Shown: in pieces, positions 25,141-34,918 of the stretch | Position numbering within the stretch: position 1 is the stretch's first letter | How the letters are laid out: each line of letters begins with the position of its first letter | From: a virus | Length of the DNA stretch: 61,643 nucleotides | Reading direction: 5' to 3' (one strand) | IMG/VR virus record: IMGVR_UViG_3300034691_000060 | Location: 1 to 61,643 of that record | Notes under the pieces: model-generated | Database searches by the model: none | Seen by the model: only the letters and a program-made list of their open reading frames with translations | What the model was told of the DNA's origin: nothing | Program-made: the position numbers and the translations under genes

Positions 25141-25242
25141 TCACTGCATACCTCCCCGCTCCGGCCGGGAGTCAGACGCGTTAGGCAAGCGACGGTTATC
25201 CCGCTGCCACAAGAACCTTACTGACTCTCTTATTCGGAGCGA

Positions 25243-26445
25243 ATGAACATGGGCGCACCTGTCGTACCAGGAATTAATGGACTAAGAGGCACTGGCCAAT
25301 TCAATACGGATTTCAGGCCAACAAATTATCGGCAATTGTATACCCTTCTCGAACCCAATGGCGACGCGCCATTGCAGGCCCTGCTTTCTATGGCAGGCGC
25401 CGAGTCCACCGACGATCCGAAGTATTCGAATTTTCGCGATCACATGCCGGACCGCACGCTCGTTGCATCCGCCGCCGTTGCCAGTGCATCCACTGCCACT
25501 GTGGTAATGAAGGATTCGGATGAAAATAGATTTGTCGTCGCCGGCTCTATTATCATCAGCTCGAAGACCGGCGAAGTGGCGCATGTCACCGCCTATGACG
25601 ACGCCACCAATACGCTCACCCTGGTGCGTAACATTGGCGGCACGGCCCATCAAATCGCTGCCGATGACGAATGGTTCGTTGCTGGCTTCGCAGCAAAGGA
25701 AGGCGCCGATACGCCCGAGCCGATTACATTCGATTCGACCGTTGCGTATAATTATACGCAAATTTTTAGGCAAGCCTTCTCGCTCTCCGGCACCCTCGAT
25801 CAGACCTATCTGCGCACCGGCCCCAAGGCGGACGAGATGCGTACCAAGGCGCTCAAGATCCACATGTCCGACATCGAGCGGGCAATGTTTTTCGGGCGCA
25901 AGCACATCATCAACCCGACCTCTGCCGAGCCGACACGCTTCACCGGCGGCATCATCAACGAGATCACCGGGGTCACCGACCTGGCCACGGCGACCGTCCC
26001 CGGGCGTATGTCCGAGGAAGAGTTCGACGCCCTATTGATCGATAAGATCTTCGCGTGGGGCAGCAAAGAGAAGCTGTGCTTCTGCGGTCCGAAGATTGCC
26101 GGTCACATGCAGGGAATGGGTAAAGATCGCTGGCAGCCGCAACAGGTCAGCGGGACGTATGGAATCGGGTTTGTGAGATACCAAACCTTCTCCGGCGACT
26201 TGCTGGTGCATGTCCATCCGCAATTCCGCCAGGTCCCGGGAATGGAGAACAGCGCCATCATTCTCGACTTCCCGTATATCAAATATCGTTTTTTGCAGAA
26301 TCGCGATACGCAGCTGCTCGAAGGTCGGCAGGGCAATGGCGAGGACCGCAAGAAGGACGAGTATCTGACCGAATGCGGGCTGGAGCTGCTACAGGATATG
26401 GTCCACCATTATATTAAAGGGTGGGCAAGCTATAAGGCGCCATAA
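25243..26445 (+). CDS. major capsid protein (N4 gp56/SU10-like pattern)
   Basis: 400 aa. N-terminal NGLRGTGQF..FRPTNYRQLYTLLEPNGDAPLQALLS....STDDPKY matches my memory of that capsid family. SD GGAGCGA. Strong terminator downstream. Confidence 0.8.
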   Translation: MNMGAPVVPGINGLRGTGQFNTDFRPTNYRQLYTLLEPNGDAPLQALLSMAGAESTDDPKYSNFRDHMPDRTLVASAAVASASTATVVMKDSDENRFVVAGSIIISSKTGEVAHVTAYDDATNTLTLVRNIGGTAHQIAADDEWFVAGFAAKEGADTPEPITFDSTVAYNYTQIFRQAFSLSGTLDQTYLRTGPKADEMRTKALKIHMSDIERAMFFGRKHIINPTSAEPTRFTGGIINEITGVTDLATATVPGRMSEEEFDALLIDKIFAWGSKEKLCFCGPKIAGHMQGMGKDRWQPQQVSGTYGIGFVRYQTFSGDLLVHVHPQFRQVPGMENSAIILDFPYIKYRFLQNRDTQLLEGRQGNGEDRKKDEYLTECGLELLQDMVHHYIKGWASYKAP

Positions 26446-26470
26446 CCGCCGCCTGTTCCTACGATTCAAT

Positions 26471-26494
26471 GGGGGGCCGCGCGCCCCCCTTTTC
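26471..26494 (+). terminator. rho-independent terminator after the capsid gene
   Basis: GGGGGGC-CGCGC-GCCCCCC followed by TTTT. Confidence 0.75.
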
Positions 26495-26511
26495 GCATTG
26501 AGGACCCGTCC

Positions 26512-26766
26512 ATGGCAGATACCCCCCGCGCTCGCGACACCGCCACCCACAAGGCTTCTCACCCGCCGGCAGAGCACGCGCCGGCCCACACCACCGTGCG
26601 CTTCGAGTCGACCGGCGAAGAGACCACACAATTCGTGGTCATGGATGTGCGTTCCTTCCGCAAGGAAGGCGACCCGCTCCGCGTCGTCTGGGATGTCCCG
26701 TCCGACTTGGTCGAGCGCTTCTCCCGGCACTTCTTCGTGGTAAACGGAAGAATCAAGCGAGCCTAA
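26512..26766 (+). CDS. hypothetical protein (84 aa)
   Basis: ORF after the capsid terminator. Confidence 0.55.
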   Translation: MADTPRARDTATHKASHPPAEHAPAHTTVRFESTGEETTQFVVMDVRSFRKEGDPLRVVWDVPSDLVERFSRHFFVVNGRIKRA

Positions 26767-26768
26767 CG

Positions 26769-27158
26769 ATGAACCCCCACATCAAGGACGCCCCGTCCCC
26801 GCTCCGGGCGCTCATTGGCCAGGCGTTGCGTCGTTACGGAGACTTCTCCGGGGCCTCGGTCCAGGGCGAGGCGGCCTCGATGTTTCTGGAATTCGCCAAT
26901 GCCATCGTCGACGACTGGGTTTTTCATCCGACGCTCTCCGACATCCCCGAGGTCTCGCACTACATCTCGGTGGACGAGGCGCGCGATGTCCCCGATGTCG
27001 TCATGCTTCAGGGCCTCCTGCTCCACTACGCGGCGCAGCAGGTCTCCGAGAAATTCCCTGTGTACCAGGGGCAGTATTATCAGGCCCTTAATCGCGAGGC
27101 GCTGAAGGTCTGGAGCGGCGGGCGCAACCGCAAGATCGAGATGCGGGTGATGCGTTAA
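26769..27158 (+). CDS. hypothetical virion-module protein (129 aa)
   Basis: ORF with a tight junction. Confidence 0.6.
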   Translation: MNPHIKDAPSPLRALIGQALRRYGDFSGASVQGEAASMFLEFANAIVDDWVFHPTLSDIPEVSHYISVDEARDVPDVVMLQGLLLHYAAQQVSEKFPVYQGQYYQALNREALKVWSGGRNRKIEMRVMR

Positions 27159-28660
27159 TGCGACAGTCGCGATCTCCGGCTGGGGTCGAATACAAGGCCG
27201 TCACCTACGCCCCCTTCCTTGGCCTCGACACGATGCGCGATGTCGCGTCGATGGACACGGGCAAGTCGCAGGCGCTGACCACCCTCACCAACGGCTTCGT
27301 GGATTCGTCCGGGCAGATCGTGCGCGAGCCACCGGCGGCCCATGTGGAAGGCGCGCTTCCCTGCCGCTTCGTGCGGTTCATGGACCAAGACCTCTTCGCT
27401 TATTCGCAGGAGACCGACGCCGGGGTCAACCTGACATCCAACCGCGGGCACCTCCTAGAAGCGGCCTACCTCCCCGGGTCGCCGCTGTCCGGGTCGCTGT
27501 TCTCCGACAAGCTCTACGTGGCGTCCTTCGGCCAGGCGCTGCGGACCTACGACGGCGGCATCTGGCGCGAGTCCGAGCGCAAGGCGATTCGGGAGAACCC
27601 GCCGGCGATGGTGTGCGTGGTCAATCGGCGCCTGGCGGTCGCGGGGATGGAGCGGCATCGCTCGCAGATATGGCTGAGCCGGGTGGACCAGGCCGACACC
27701 ATGCCGGCCGACGAAGACCCGAACGACGAGAACGTGCTGCGCGCCGGGTTCATCGACATCGCCAACATGACCGACGGGCGCGAGATCGTTACAGGAATCC
27801 ATTCGTTCGAGTGGAACCGCCTGGCCGTCTTTACCGGATCCCGGGCGCTGGTCTATGTGATCGACCCGGACATCGACAAGTGGTCGATTGCCGACCAGAC
27901 CGTGGTCAACGTCGGCTGCGTGTCCAACAACACCATCGTCAATGCCGGCAACCAGCTGCTGTTCTGCTCCAAGTCCGGCGTCCATGCGATGTCCAGGTCG
28001 CAGTACAACAATGTGTCGGTGAATGCGGTCGGTATGAGCCGCTCCGTCGAGATCCTGTACCGCAGCCTGCTGTCCCAGGTCGGCAACCTGGCCTCGATCA
28101 GCGCCGTCTGGGATGCCGATACCGGCCGCTACCATGTGTTCTTCCCGGTCGCGCCGACCAAGGCCTACCGCATGACGCTGGTGCTCCCTGTGGCCCAAGA
28201 CGATCCGCCGCGTTGGGCACTGGGCGCCTACCTCAGCGCCGCCTGTGCGGACGCGCTGGACGGCGCAATGCTGCTCGGGACCCCGTCCGGCATCTACCGG
28301 CCTTTCGAGATCGGGCAGCCGATTTCCGGCAGCCCTCCGCCCGTGGATCTGGACATCCGCACGCCGATTCTGTGGTGCGGGTCGACCTCGGACATCAAGG
28401 AAAGCTACAGCTACCTGCTGCACATGACCGGCCAGGGCACCGTGAAGGTCAGTGCAACGGACGAAGAAGGCATCCCGATCATGGAGGACATCATCGATCT
28501 CGACGGGGCCGCCCAGCCGTTACGCTTCCCGATGGAGCCGCTGTCTCGGCAGTTCGAGCGCAAATTCGAGCGACGCTTCCGCGGCGTCAGGTTCCGCTTC
28601 CAGACCTCCGGCACATCGTTGGTGCGTCTGAGTGCGTTCGCCATCAATGTGAGGAAATAG
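27158..28660 (+). CDS. virion structural protein (500 aa; tail tube/nozzle-like candidate)
   Basis: Long ORF in the structural block. Repetitive beta-rich sequence. Confidence 0.7.
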   Translation: MRQSRSPAGVEYKAVTYAPFLGLDTMRDVASMDTGKSQALTTLTNGFVDSSGQIVREPPAAHVEGALPCRFVRFMDQDLFAYSQETDAGVNLTSNRGHLLEAAYLPGSPLSGSLFSDKLYVASFGQALRTYDGGIWRESERKAIRENPPAMVCVVNRRLAVAGMERHRSQIWLSRVDQADTMPADEDPNDENVLRAGFIDIANMTDGREIVTGIHSFEWNRLAVFTGSRALVYVIDPDIDKWSIADQTVVNVGCVSNNTIVNAGNQLLFCSKSGVHAMSRSQYNNVSVNAVGMSRSVEILYRSLLSQVGNLASISAVWDADTGRYHVFFPVAPTKAYRMTLVLPVAQDDPPRWALGAYLSAACADALDGAMLLGTPSGIYRPFEIGQPISGSPPPVDLDIRTPILWCGSTSDIKESYSYLLHMTGQGTVKVSATDEEGIPIMEDIIDLDGAAQPLRFPMEPLSRQFERKFERRFRGVRFRFQTSGTSLVRLSAFAINVRK

Positions 28661-28662
28661 CC

Positions 28663-30243
28663 ATGGCACGACTGCGCCAGCTGCACCCGGCCAATTACGG
28701 GTTCCCCGGCAACACGTCCGACGATTTCGAGAATGTCGTTCGCTACCTGAATGCGGCGGAGCTGGGCAATCGCACCCTGGCCGAGTTGATGGCGGTCCTG
28801 TTCGACGGGGAGGGGCACTTCCGCGGCCCGGTCGAATTCCGGGTCGATCCGCTCAATGGGCTCCAGTTCCGGGTCGGCGACTACAACCGCGCCTGCATCC
28901 CTGAGACCGAGGCGGGATGGAGCACGCTGGTCGCCTACGAGGACTTGCGCGGCTCTCCCGGGTCTTCGTGCGGGCTGGTGGCTCAGCCGCTCTATTCCAA
29001 CCGAGTGGACGCCGTGGCCACCGACGGGCAGACCGTGGTGCCGGCCGGGATCAACGCGGACACCACGCCCGTGGTTTACAAGAACGGGCTACTGAAGACC
29101 GAGGCCCACGACTACACGATCCAAATATCGGCGACCCTGCCGAGCGGGCTGCCGGCGGGAATCAGTGGAGTCGTGTTCACGGCACCCTTGGTGGCGGGCG
29201 ATCGCATCACGGTCTTCCTGGTGCTGTCGGACAAGACCAGTGCGTTTCGCCGGCAGGACTACGACATTGCGGCGCCCACGGCGGTGCTGGCCTTCACCTT
29301 CTCGGCCGCCGAATCGCTGTCGATTTACCTCAACGGCGTGTTACAGCGCGAGGGGTCGTCCGCCGACTACGTGCTGAATCAGGCGTCCGGCACGATCATG
29401 TTCGTCAATGCGCTCGTGGCCAGCGACCGGGTGAGCATCGTCGTGCTGGACAACACCACGCGCAATGCCGTGGTCGGCCTGATGCTGGCGGAGCAGTTCG
29501 TCGATCCGCTGACCGGGTTCATTCGCGGCAACCGGGTGCAGTTCGACGACGAGGGCATCCCGCCGATCAAGGTCACGGGGCTCCATGCGGCGCTGACGAT
29601 CATGGCGTCGTCCACCCTGGCGGCGACCGAGCCGAATCCGCCTACCCAGTTCTGGTTCGACACCGGCGCCAACCCGGCGCGCCTGATGTACTGGGACGGC
29701 ACCCGCTACCTCCCCAGCTCCGGCGACCTCAACCTGCCGGTCTACACGGCAGCCGATGCGCGGACCTTCCTGCAGGTGAACGGGACAGGCACGGCGCTGG
29801 TGTGGGGGGCTCCCGATCTCTCCGGGTACCTGCGCAAGACCGAGAAGGGCGCCGCCAGCGGGGTGGCGTCGCTGGACTCCCAGGGTCGCATCCCGTCTTC
29901 CCAGCTCCCCAATCCGCGCAACCGGCGGACGATCTGGAAGGAATGGACGGGCACCGTGTCGGCCAACGATGTCCACGTTCACACGCGCATCTTCATGGAA
30001 AAGGGCCAGATCGCCGGGGTGACCGCGCGGCTGGGTGCCGGCACCGGATCGATCCAGATGTCGGTGGACAACATCGATGTCGGGTCCGTCATCCCGGTCA
30101 GCGTCACCACCAACGACAGCGTGCTGGGCGCTGTGGTCCCGGTCGACGGCACCACCGTCGCCTCGACGATCAAGTTCAAGGTGACCGCCGCGGCAGCCGC
30201 TTCGAATCTCGACATCGGCATCGTCTTCGAGACCGTGGGGTAA
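28663..30243 (+). CDS. virion structural protein with T7-fibre-N-terminal-like repeats (526 aa)
   Basis: Repeats such as VVYKNGLL...DYTIQ...VVFTAPLVAGDRITVFLV and SIYLNGVLQ..DYVLN..GTIMFVNALVASDRVSIVVL. Confidence 0.7.
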   Translation: MARLRQLHPANYGFPGNTSDDFENVVRYLNAAELGNRTLAELMAVLFDGEGHFRGPVEFRVDPLNGLQFRVGDYNRACIPETEAGWSTLVAYEDLRGSPGSSCGLVAQPLYSNRVDAVATDGQTVVPAGINADTTPVVYKNGLLKTEAHDYTIQISATLPSGLPAGISGVVFTAPLVAGDRITVFLVLSDKTSAFRRQDYDIAAPTAVLAFTFSAAESLSIYLNGVLQREGSSADYVLNQASGTIMFVNALVASDRVSIVVLDNTTRNAVVGLMLAEQFVDPLTGFIRGNRVQFDDEGIPPIKVTGLHAALTIMASSTLAATEPNPPTQFWFDTGANPARLMYWDGTRYLPSSGDLNLPVYTAADARTFLQVNGTGTALVWGAPDLSGYLRKTEKGAASGVASLDSQGRIPSSQLPNPRNRRTIWKEWTGTVSANDVHVHTRIFMEKGQIAGVTARLGAGTGSIQMSVDNIDVGSVIPVSVTTNDSVLGAVVPVDGTTVASTIKFKVTAAAAASNLDIGIVFETVG

Positions 30244-30248
30244 TCGCG

Positions 30249-31595
30249 ATGGCCACTCCAGGGAAGCAACAGAACATCCCCGTGAATACCGTTTACGGGA
30301 CATACGGGCAGCCAGACGGGATCTCCGGCTCCGCCTACAACCAGTGGGCGCAGTTCGGCGACATGGGCGGGGCTCCGGCATGGATGCAGCCTGGCAAAAA
30401 GCTGACCGGTTGGACGCGTTACACGACTCCGCCGGCGCCGTCGTTCGGTTACAACGCCAGCAATGAGGACGGGTTGCCCCAAGGAGCGAATCTCACTCGG
30501 CCGAATACGGGCTGGTTCGACACATCCACTTACGTTCCGATCTGGGAACAGGACAGTGCGCCGGCTCAGGCCCAGGCCCCGGCGGCAGTTCAGGCCGCGC
30601 CAGCCGTGACGAACCAGGGTCAGGCCGCTGCCGAGGTCGCCGCCCAGCAAGCGGAGATCAACAAGAACACGCAGCAGTCGGCGGAAAACGTCCGGCTCAG
30701 CGGGCTGTCGGCCCAGGCCCAATCCATTCTCGACAGCCTCGCCGGATCGATGGGCGGGCTGACATCCAAGACCGGCTACGGCATCGATAACGCCCGCGCT
30801 CAGTCGCAACAGGCCAGCGACATCCTGGCTCAAATCCTCGGCTCGGGGGCGGTGTCGCAGGGCCTGTACGACGCCAGCGGGGCCAACCTACTTAAGACCC
30901 GGCTCGGCAGCTACGGATCGACCCTGGACACGCTGACGGGCCAGCGCCAGGCGGAACTGACAGCGCTCCTCAGCGGCGCCCAAGGGCAAATGACGACGGC
31001 TTCGGGACTCAACGACTGGGACGAGGCGAATCTGCGCAAGGCGATCTCGGCCATCACCGGCGCCCAAGACACGCTCGGCACTTACCAGGGCGGCGATGTG
31101 GCGGGGGCGGCCGATGCGTTACGGTCGATCTACGGCGGGGTCAACACCCGACTGACCAATCTCGGCACCAAGCGCGGCGAGATCGAGACCGGGGCGCAGG
31201 ACATCTACAAGAACCTTCAGGCCGGCACCTACCGCGGGCTGGGGGAGCTGACCCCCTACGAGCAACAGGTGGAGGCGCTCAAGGGCAACCTGGACAAGTG
31301 GGGCGCCTCCCAGGCCACCGACGAATACCAGGCCATCTTGGACATGCTGGGGGTCAATCGGACCCGTCTCCAAGGCGAGGCGGACAAGATCGCCAGCCAG
31401 GATGCGGAGGCGGCCAAGCGCTACCGGCAGCTTCAGGGGGACCTCTCGACGGGGGCTCGCGCGCCGCTGTCGCCCCAGGCAATCGGCGCCTCGACCAACA
31501 TCGCCGGGACCAACTTGCAGTCGTTACAGAACGACAAGCAGGACGTTTCCGGCTACGACACGGCGGCGCTGTTGCGTGCGCTGGGTCTCGCTTAA
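30249..31595 (+). CDS. internal virion/ejection protein candidate (448 aa)
   Basis: Q/A-rich, low-complexity, helical. The call is positional. Confidence 0.65.
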   Translation: MATPGKQQNIPVNTVYGTYGQPDGISGSAYNQWAQFGDMGGAPAWMQPGKKLTGWTRYTTPPAPSFGYNASNEDGLPQGANLTRPNTGWFDTSTYVPIWEQDSAPAQAQAPAAVQAAPAVTNQGQAAAEVAAQQAEINKNTQQSAENVRLSGLSAQAQSILDSLAGSMGGLTSKTGYGIDNARAQSQQASDILAQILGSGAVSQGLYDASGANLLKTRLGSYGSTLDTLTGQRQAELTALLSGAQGQMTTASGLNDWDEANLRKAISAITGAQDTLGTYQGGDVAGAADALRSIYGGVNTRLTNLGTKRGEIETGAQDIYKNLQAGTYRGLGELTPYEQQVEALKGNLDKWGASQATDEYQAILDMLGVNRTRLQGEADKIASQDAEAAKRYRQLQGDLSTGARAPLSPQAIGASTNIAGTNLQSLQNDKQDVSGYDTAALLRALGLA

Positions 31596-31607
31596 GGGGT
31601 CACGACC

Positions 31608-32825
31608 ATGCCATTCGGACTTGCGATGCTGGCGGTGAGTGCCTATGGCGCCTATTCGTCCGCCCAGTCGGGGAAGGCGGCATCCAAGCAGGCGAAGAAC
31701 GCCGCCGCCCAAGAAGCTGCCTCCCAGGAACAGCAACTCGCCTTGCAGCAGCAGGCGATGCAGTACACCAAGGATCAGAACAGCTGGCGCATGGCGCAAG
31801 GACAGGAGAACCAGGACTACACCCGCGCGTGGTCCGAGGCCGACCTTCAGCGCCGACTTGCTGCCGCCGGGTCTGCCGAAGAACGGATGCAGATCGCTGA
31901 TGCGATGGACATGGCCGAGCGGATACGCCAGATCAACCAGATCAACTCCAACCAGCAGCTCTCCGAACAGGAACGGCAGCAGGCACTGAGCTACCTGGAC
32001 TACAACCAGCGCCAGGCCGCCCAAGAGCGAGAGTTCGATGTGAACCGGCTGGCCCGCATGGAAGACAAGGCGGGCTACATCGGCGACCGAATGGAGCAAA
32101 CCCTGTCCGGGCTCGGCAGCATGGTGAAGCGACCCGAATACGGCGCCAGCGATGTCAATTCGGCTTACCAGGACATCCTGGGGGGCTACATGTCGGCCGC
32201 CGACCGGGCCGCCGACCGGGTGGCCAGCGTCAACGAGGCACAGGACATCGCCCGCGGGATGGATTCCTCAAGCACAGGCGAGTCCTCGCGCCGCCGGGTG
32301 CTCCGGGATCAGGTGTCGCCCCTCTACGAACAAGCCCAGGCCAAGGCGCGGCTGGAAGCCCAGCAATACATCTCCGGGCTGGCCGGGCTCCAGACGAGCT
32401 ACGGCAGCCAGGAGCTGGCGCGGCGCAATCAGACGCTCGATGAAGTCAGCAAGGCGCTCAGCCCAGAGCTTCAAGCCTTGATGCAGATGAAGACCCCGGG
32501 AAGTGCGACGAGCTACCAGGCGCCAACGAGCATCGGGTCGGCGTTACAGCAGGCGTTCAACGTCAACAAAGGCTACAACGACCAGATTGCCAACCCGGTT
32601 CAGACCTACGGAACGTCGGCGCCGACGTTCAATCTTGCGAGCCTGAACCTGGACAACTTGTCCGGCGGCAGCTCCGGCGGCGGATCTGGCGGGAGCAATG
32701 CGCTGGGTTGGGCGCAAGAAGCGGCGAAAGGCTATTCGGCCGCCGGCAGCGGGATCACCGATCTGATCACCCAGCTTTCGAAGACGCAGTGGGGCAAGGA
32801 CATGACCGCGAAGTGGGGGGGCTGA
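31608..32825 (+). CDS. internal virion protein candidate (405 aa)
   Basis: N-terminal hydrophobic segment, Q-rich helical body, Gly-rich tail. Confidence 0.65.
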   Translation: MPFGLAMLAVSAYGAYSSAQSGKAASKQAKNAAAQEAASQEQQLALQQQAMQYTKDQNSWRMAQGQENQDYTRAWSEADLQRRLAAAGSAEERMQIADAMDMAERIRQINQINSNQQLSEQERQQALSYLDYNQRQAAQEREFDVNRLARMEDKAGYIGDRMEQTLSGLGSMVKRPEYGASDVNSAYQDILGGYMSAADRAADRVASVNEAQDIARGMDSSSTGESSRRRVLRDQVSPLYEQAQAKARLEAQQYISGLAGLQTSYGSQELARRNQTLDEVSKALSPELQALMQMKTPGSATSYQAPTSIGSALQQAFNVNKGYNDQIANPVQTYGTSAPTFNLASLNLDNLSGGSSGGGSGGSNALGWAQEAAKGYSAAGSGITDLITQLSKTQWGKDMTAKWGG

Positions 32826-32829
32826 GGCC

Positions 32830-34908
32830 ATGGCAGCATTCGGCGGATACGGGTGGCAGCAAGGGATCGAGCATTCGCAGGAGCGCTCGGACCGGCGTCG
32901 AGCCGATGTCGCCCGGGCCTTTCAGGAGATGCGCAACGCCAACCCGAACGCGACCCTGGCCGACCTGTCGTCCTGGATCGAGGGAAATGTCGGGCCGGCC
33001 GACTTCTATCTGCGCGGCACCCTGCCGGACGAGAACCAGCTGGGTCGCATCGCTCAGGAGAACGAGGACAGGAAGCGCCAGGCGGAGCTGACTCAGCGCA
33101 TGGGCGTGATCGAGTCGAAGGCCAATCTGCGCCAGAAGATCGACAAGATGATCGACGACCGGCTGATGTTCGCCAGCGGGTCAGACTACCAGGGCATCAT
33201 CCGCGACGTAACGAAGGAGCTTGGGATCGAAGGCGACCCCGAGATGACGGCTATGGTGGCGGGGATTGCCGGCGATCTGGACGGGCGCAAGCGGCGACTG
33301 GACAACCAGGTCTGGACCCAGAATCAGCCCAACTGGACAAGCGCCATCGAGACGATGAGTCGGGCCGGAATGGCGCCGGACCGCCGGGCTTTCGAGCAAG
33401 CGATCGGAACCAACGTATCCGATAGCAACTGGGCGAATGCGCAGCAGCATTACGAGTCTTCGCGCCTGGCGAAGGCCCGCGACGACGAACTGAAGATGTT
33501 CGACATCGAGAGCAAGGTGGTCGGAAACGAGTCCTACACCAACTCGCTATCGGTCTCCGGCGACAACACGACAATGGCGGCAATCAAGGCCGGCATCCGC
33601 GAACAGCTCAAAGCCGTGGTCCCGGCCGCCGATCTGGATGCCCGCATCGAGAGTGCCTACAACCAGATCGAAGGGCAGGCAATGATCAAGCGCCGGGCGC
33701 TGATCACCGCCAAGCAGACGACCGAAGCCAAGACCCTGATCGACCGCTACGACACCCAGGCCAAGCAGGGAAAGGACATGGTCGAAGGGCTGGTCAAGTC
33801 GGGCCTCATCCCCGGCGCGGAGAATGCGGTCACCGCTCTGTCCGTCCAGTATTCGTTGCCTCCGGAAGCCTATACCTCGGTCGTCCCGGAGGTCATCAAG
33901 ACCAACAAGGACTTTGCCAAGAAGAACCCCAAGGAACAGCAAGACATCCTGCTTGCCGCACTGAAGGACAAGGGCATCGTGCCAGTAGAGATCGCCGGGA
34001 TCGAGAAAGCGGCGGCGGAGAAGGCCAGGCAGGCGGTTCCCTACCCAATGCTCCAAGCCGAGTTCGAACGGAAGGCAACAGAGAAAGCCAGCTCGTACAT
34101 AAAAAGCGCAAGGTCAGCGCTCGACTCTGTAACGAAGTCGATTTTCGCTCCGGACATCTCCTCCCAATCCGAGCTGGATTCGCTCATCGCCGACCGGAAG
34201 GCCCGGCTCGAGGCCTATGTCGAAGACCTTGGAAAGCTCAAGCAAAGCTTGGTCGAAACGCGACTTAACCCATTGGAACGCGACGGAAGATGGTCGGACG
34301 ATGCAGGCCAGGCCGCTATCGACGAGATCGACATGGCGCTCAAAGGGGCGCAGCGCGAGTTGGAGCTACCGATTATTCGGACTACCCCGCTTGGAACACC
34401 GTCGAGCGCACCGCCGAGCGAACCGCCAATCGACCTTAGCCAATTCGGGTATGGAGCAGTAGGAGCCGGACAGAAAAGCGCCCCAATCGCCGGCCTCAGC
34501 CACTCCGCCCAACGCCGGGCCGCCACCTACATGCCGGTCATCAATCAAATGGCGCCGCAGTACGGGCTCGACCCCAACCTGATTGCCGCCATGACGATTC
34601 AGGAAAGCGGGTTCAATCCGGACGCCAGGTCGTCGAAGAATGCCCAGGGCATCATGCAGCTCATCCCGGACACGGCGAAGCGGTTCGGCGTAACGGACCC
34701 GTGGGACCCGATCCAAAACCTGCACGGCGGGATGCGATACATGGTGTTCCTGCTGAATCGCTACGACGGGAATATCCCGTTGGCCTTAGCCGCTTACAAC
34801 GCGGGGGAAGGAAAGGTCGACAGGTACCGCGGAATCCCGCCATATCGGGAAACGCGCGAGTACGTGAAACGAATCATGTCCCGCTACATGAATAGCCAGA
34901 CCGCTTAG
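32830..34908 (+). CDS. internal virion protein with a C-terminal lytic transglycosylase (SLT) domain
   Basis: MTIQESGFNPDARSSKNAQGIMQLIPDTAKRFGV...AYNAGEGKV at about 34,530-34,870. Confidence 0.85.
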   Translation: MAAFGGYGWQQGIEHSQERSDRRRADVARAFQEMRNANPNATLADLSSWIEGNVGPADFYLRGTLPDENQLGRIAQENEDRKRQAELTQRMGVIESKANLRQKIDKMIDDRLMFASGSDYQGIIRDVTKELGIEGDPEMTAMVAGIAGDLDGRKRRLDNQVWTQNQPNWTSAIETMSRAGMAPDRRAFEQAIGTNVSDSNWANAQQHYESSRLAKARDDELKMFDIESKVVGNESYTNSLSVSGDNTTMAAIKAGIREQLKAVVPAADLDARIESAYNQIEGQAMIKRRALITAKQTTEAKTLIDRYDTQAKQGKDMVEGLVKSGLIPGAENAVTALSVQYSLPPEAYTSVVPEVIKTNKDFAKKNPKEQQDILLAALKDKGIVPVEIAGIEKAAAEKARQAVPYPMLQAEFERKATEKASSYIKSARSALDSVTKSIFAPDISSQSELDSLIADRKARLEAYVEDLGKLKQSLVETRLNPLERDGRWSDDAGQAAIDEIDMALKGAQRELELPIIRTTPLGTPSSAPPSEPPIDLSQFGYGAVGAGQKSAPIAGLSHSAQRRAATYMPVINQMAPQYGLDPNLIAAMTIQESGFNPDARSSKNAQGIMQLIPDTAKRFGVTDPWDPIQNLHGGMRYMVFLLNRYDGNIPLALAAYNAGEGKVDRYRGIPPYRETREYVKRIMSRYMNSQTA

Positions 34909-34918
34909 GACGCCCAGC

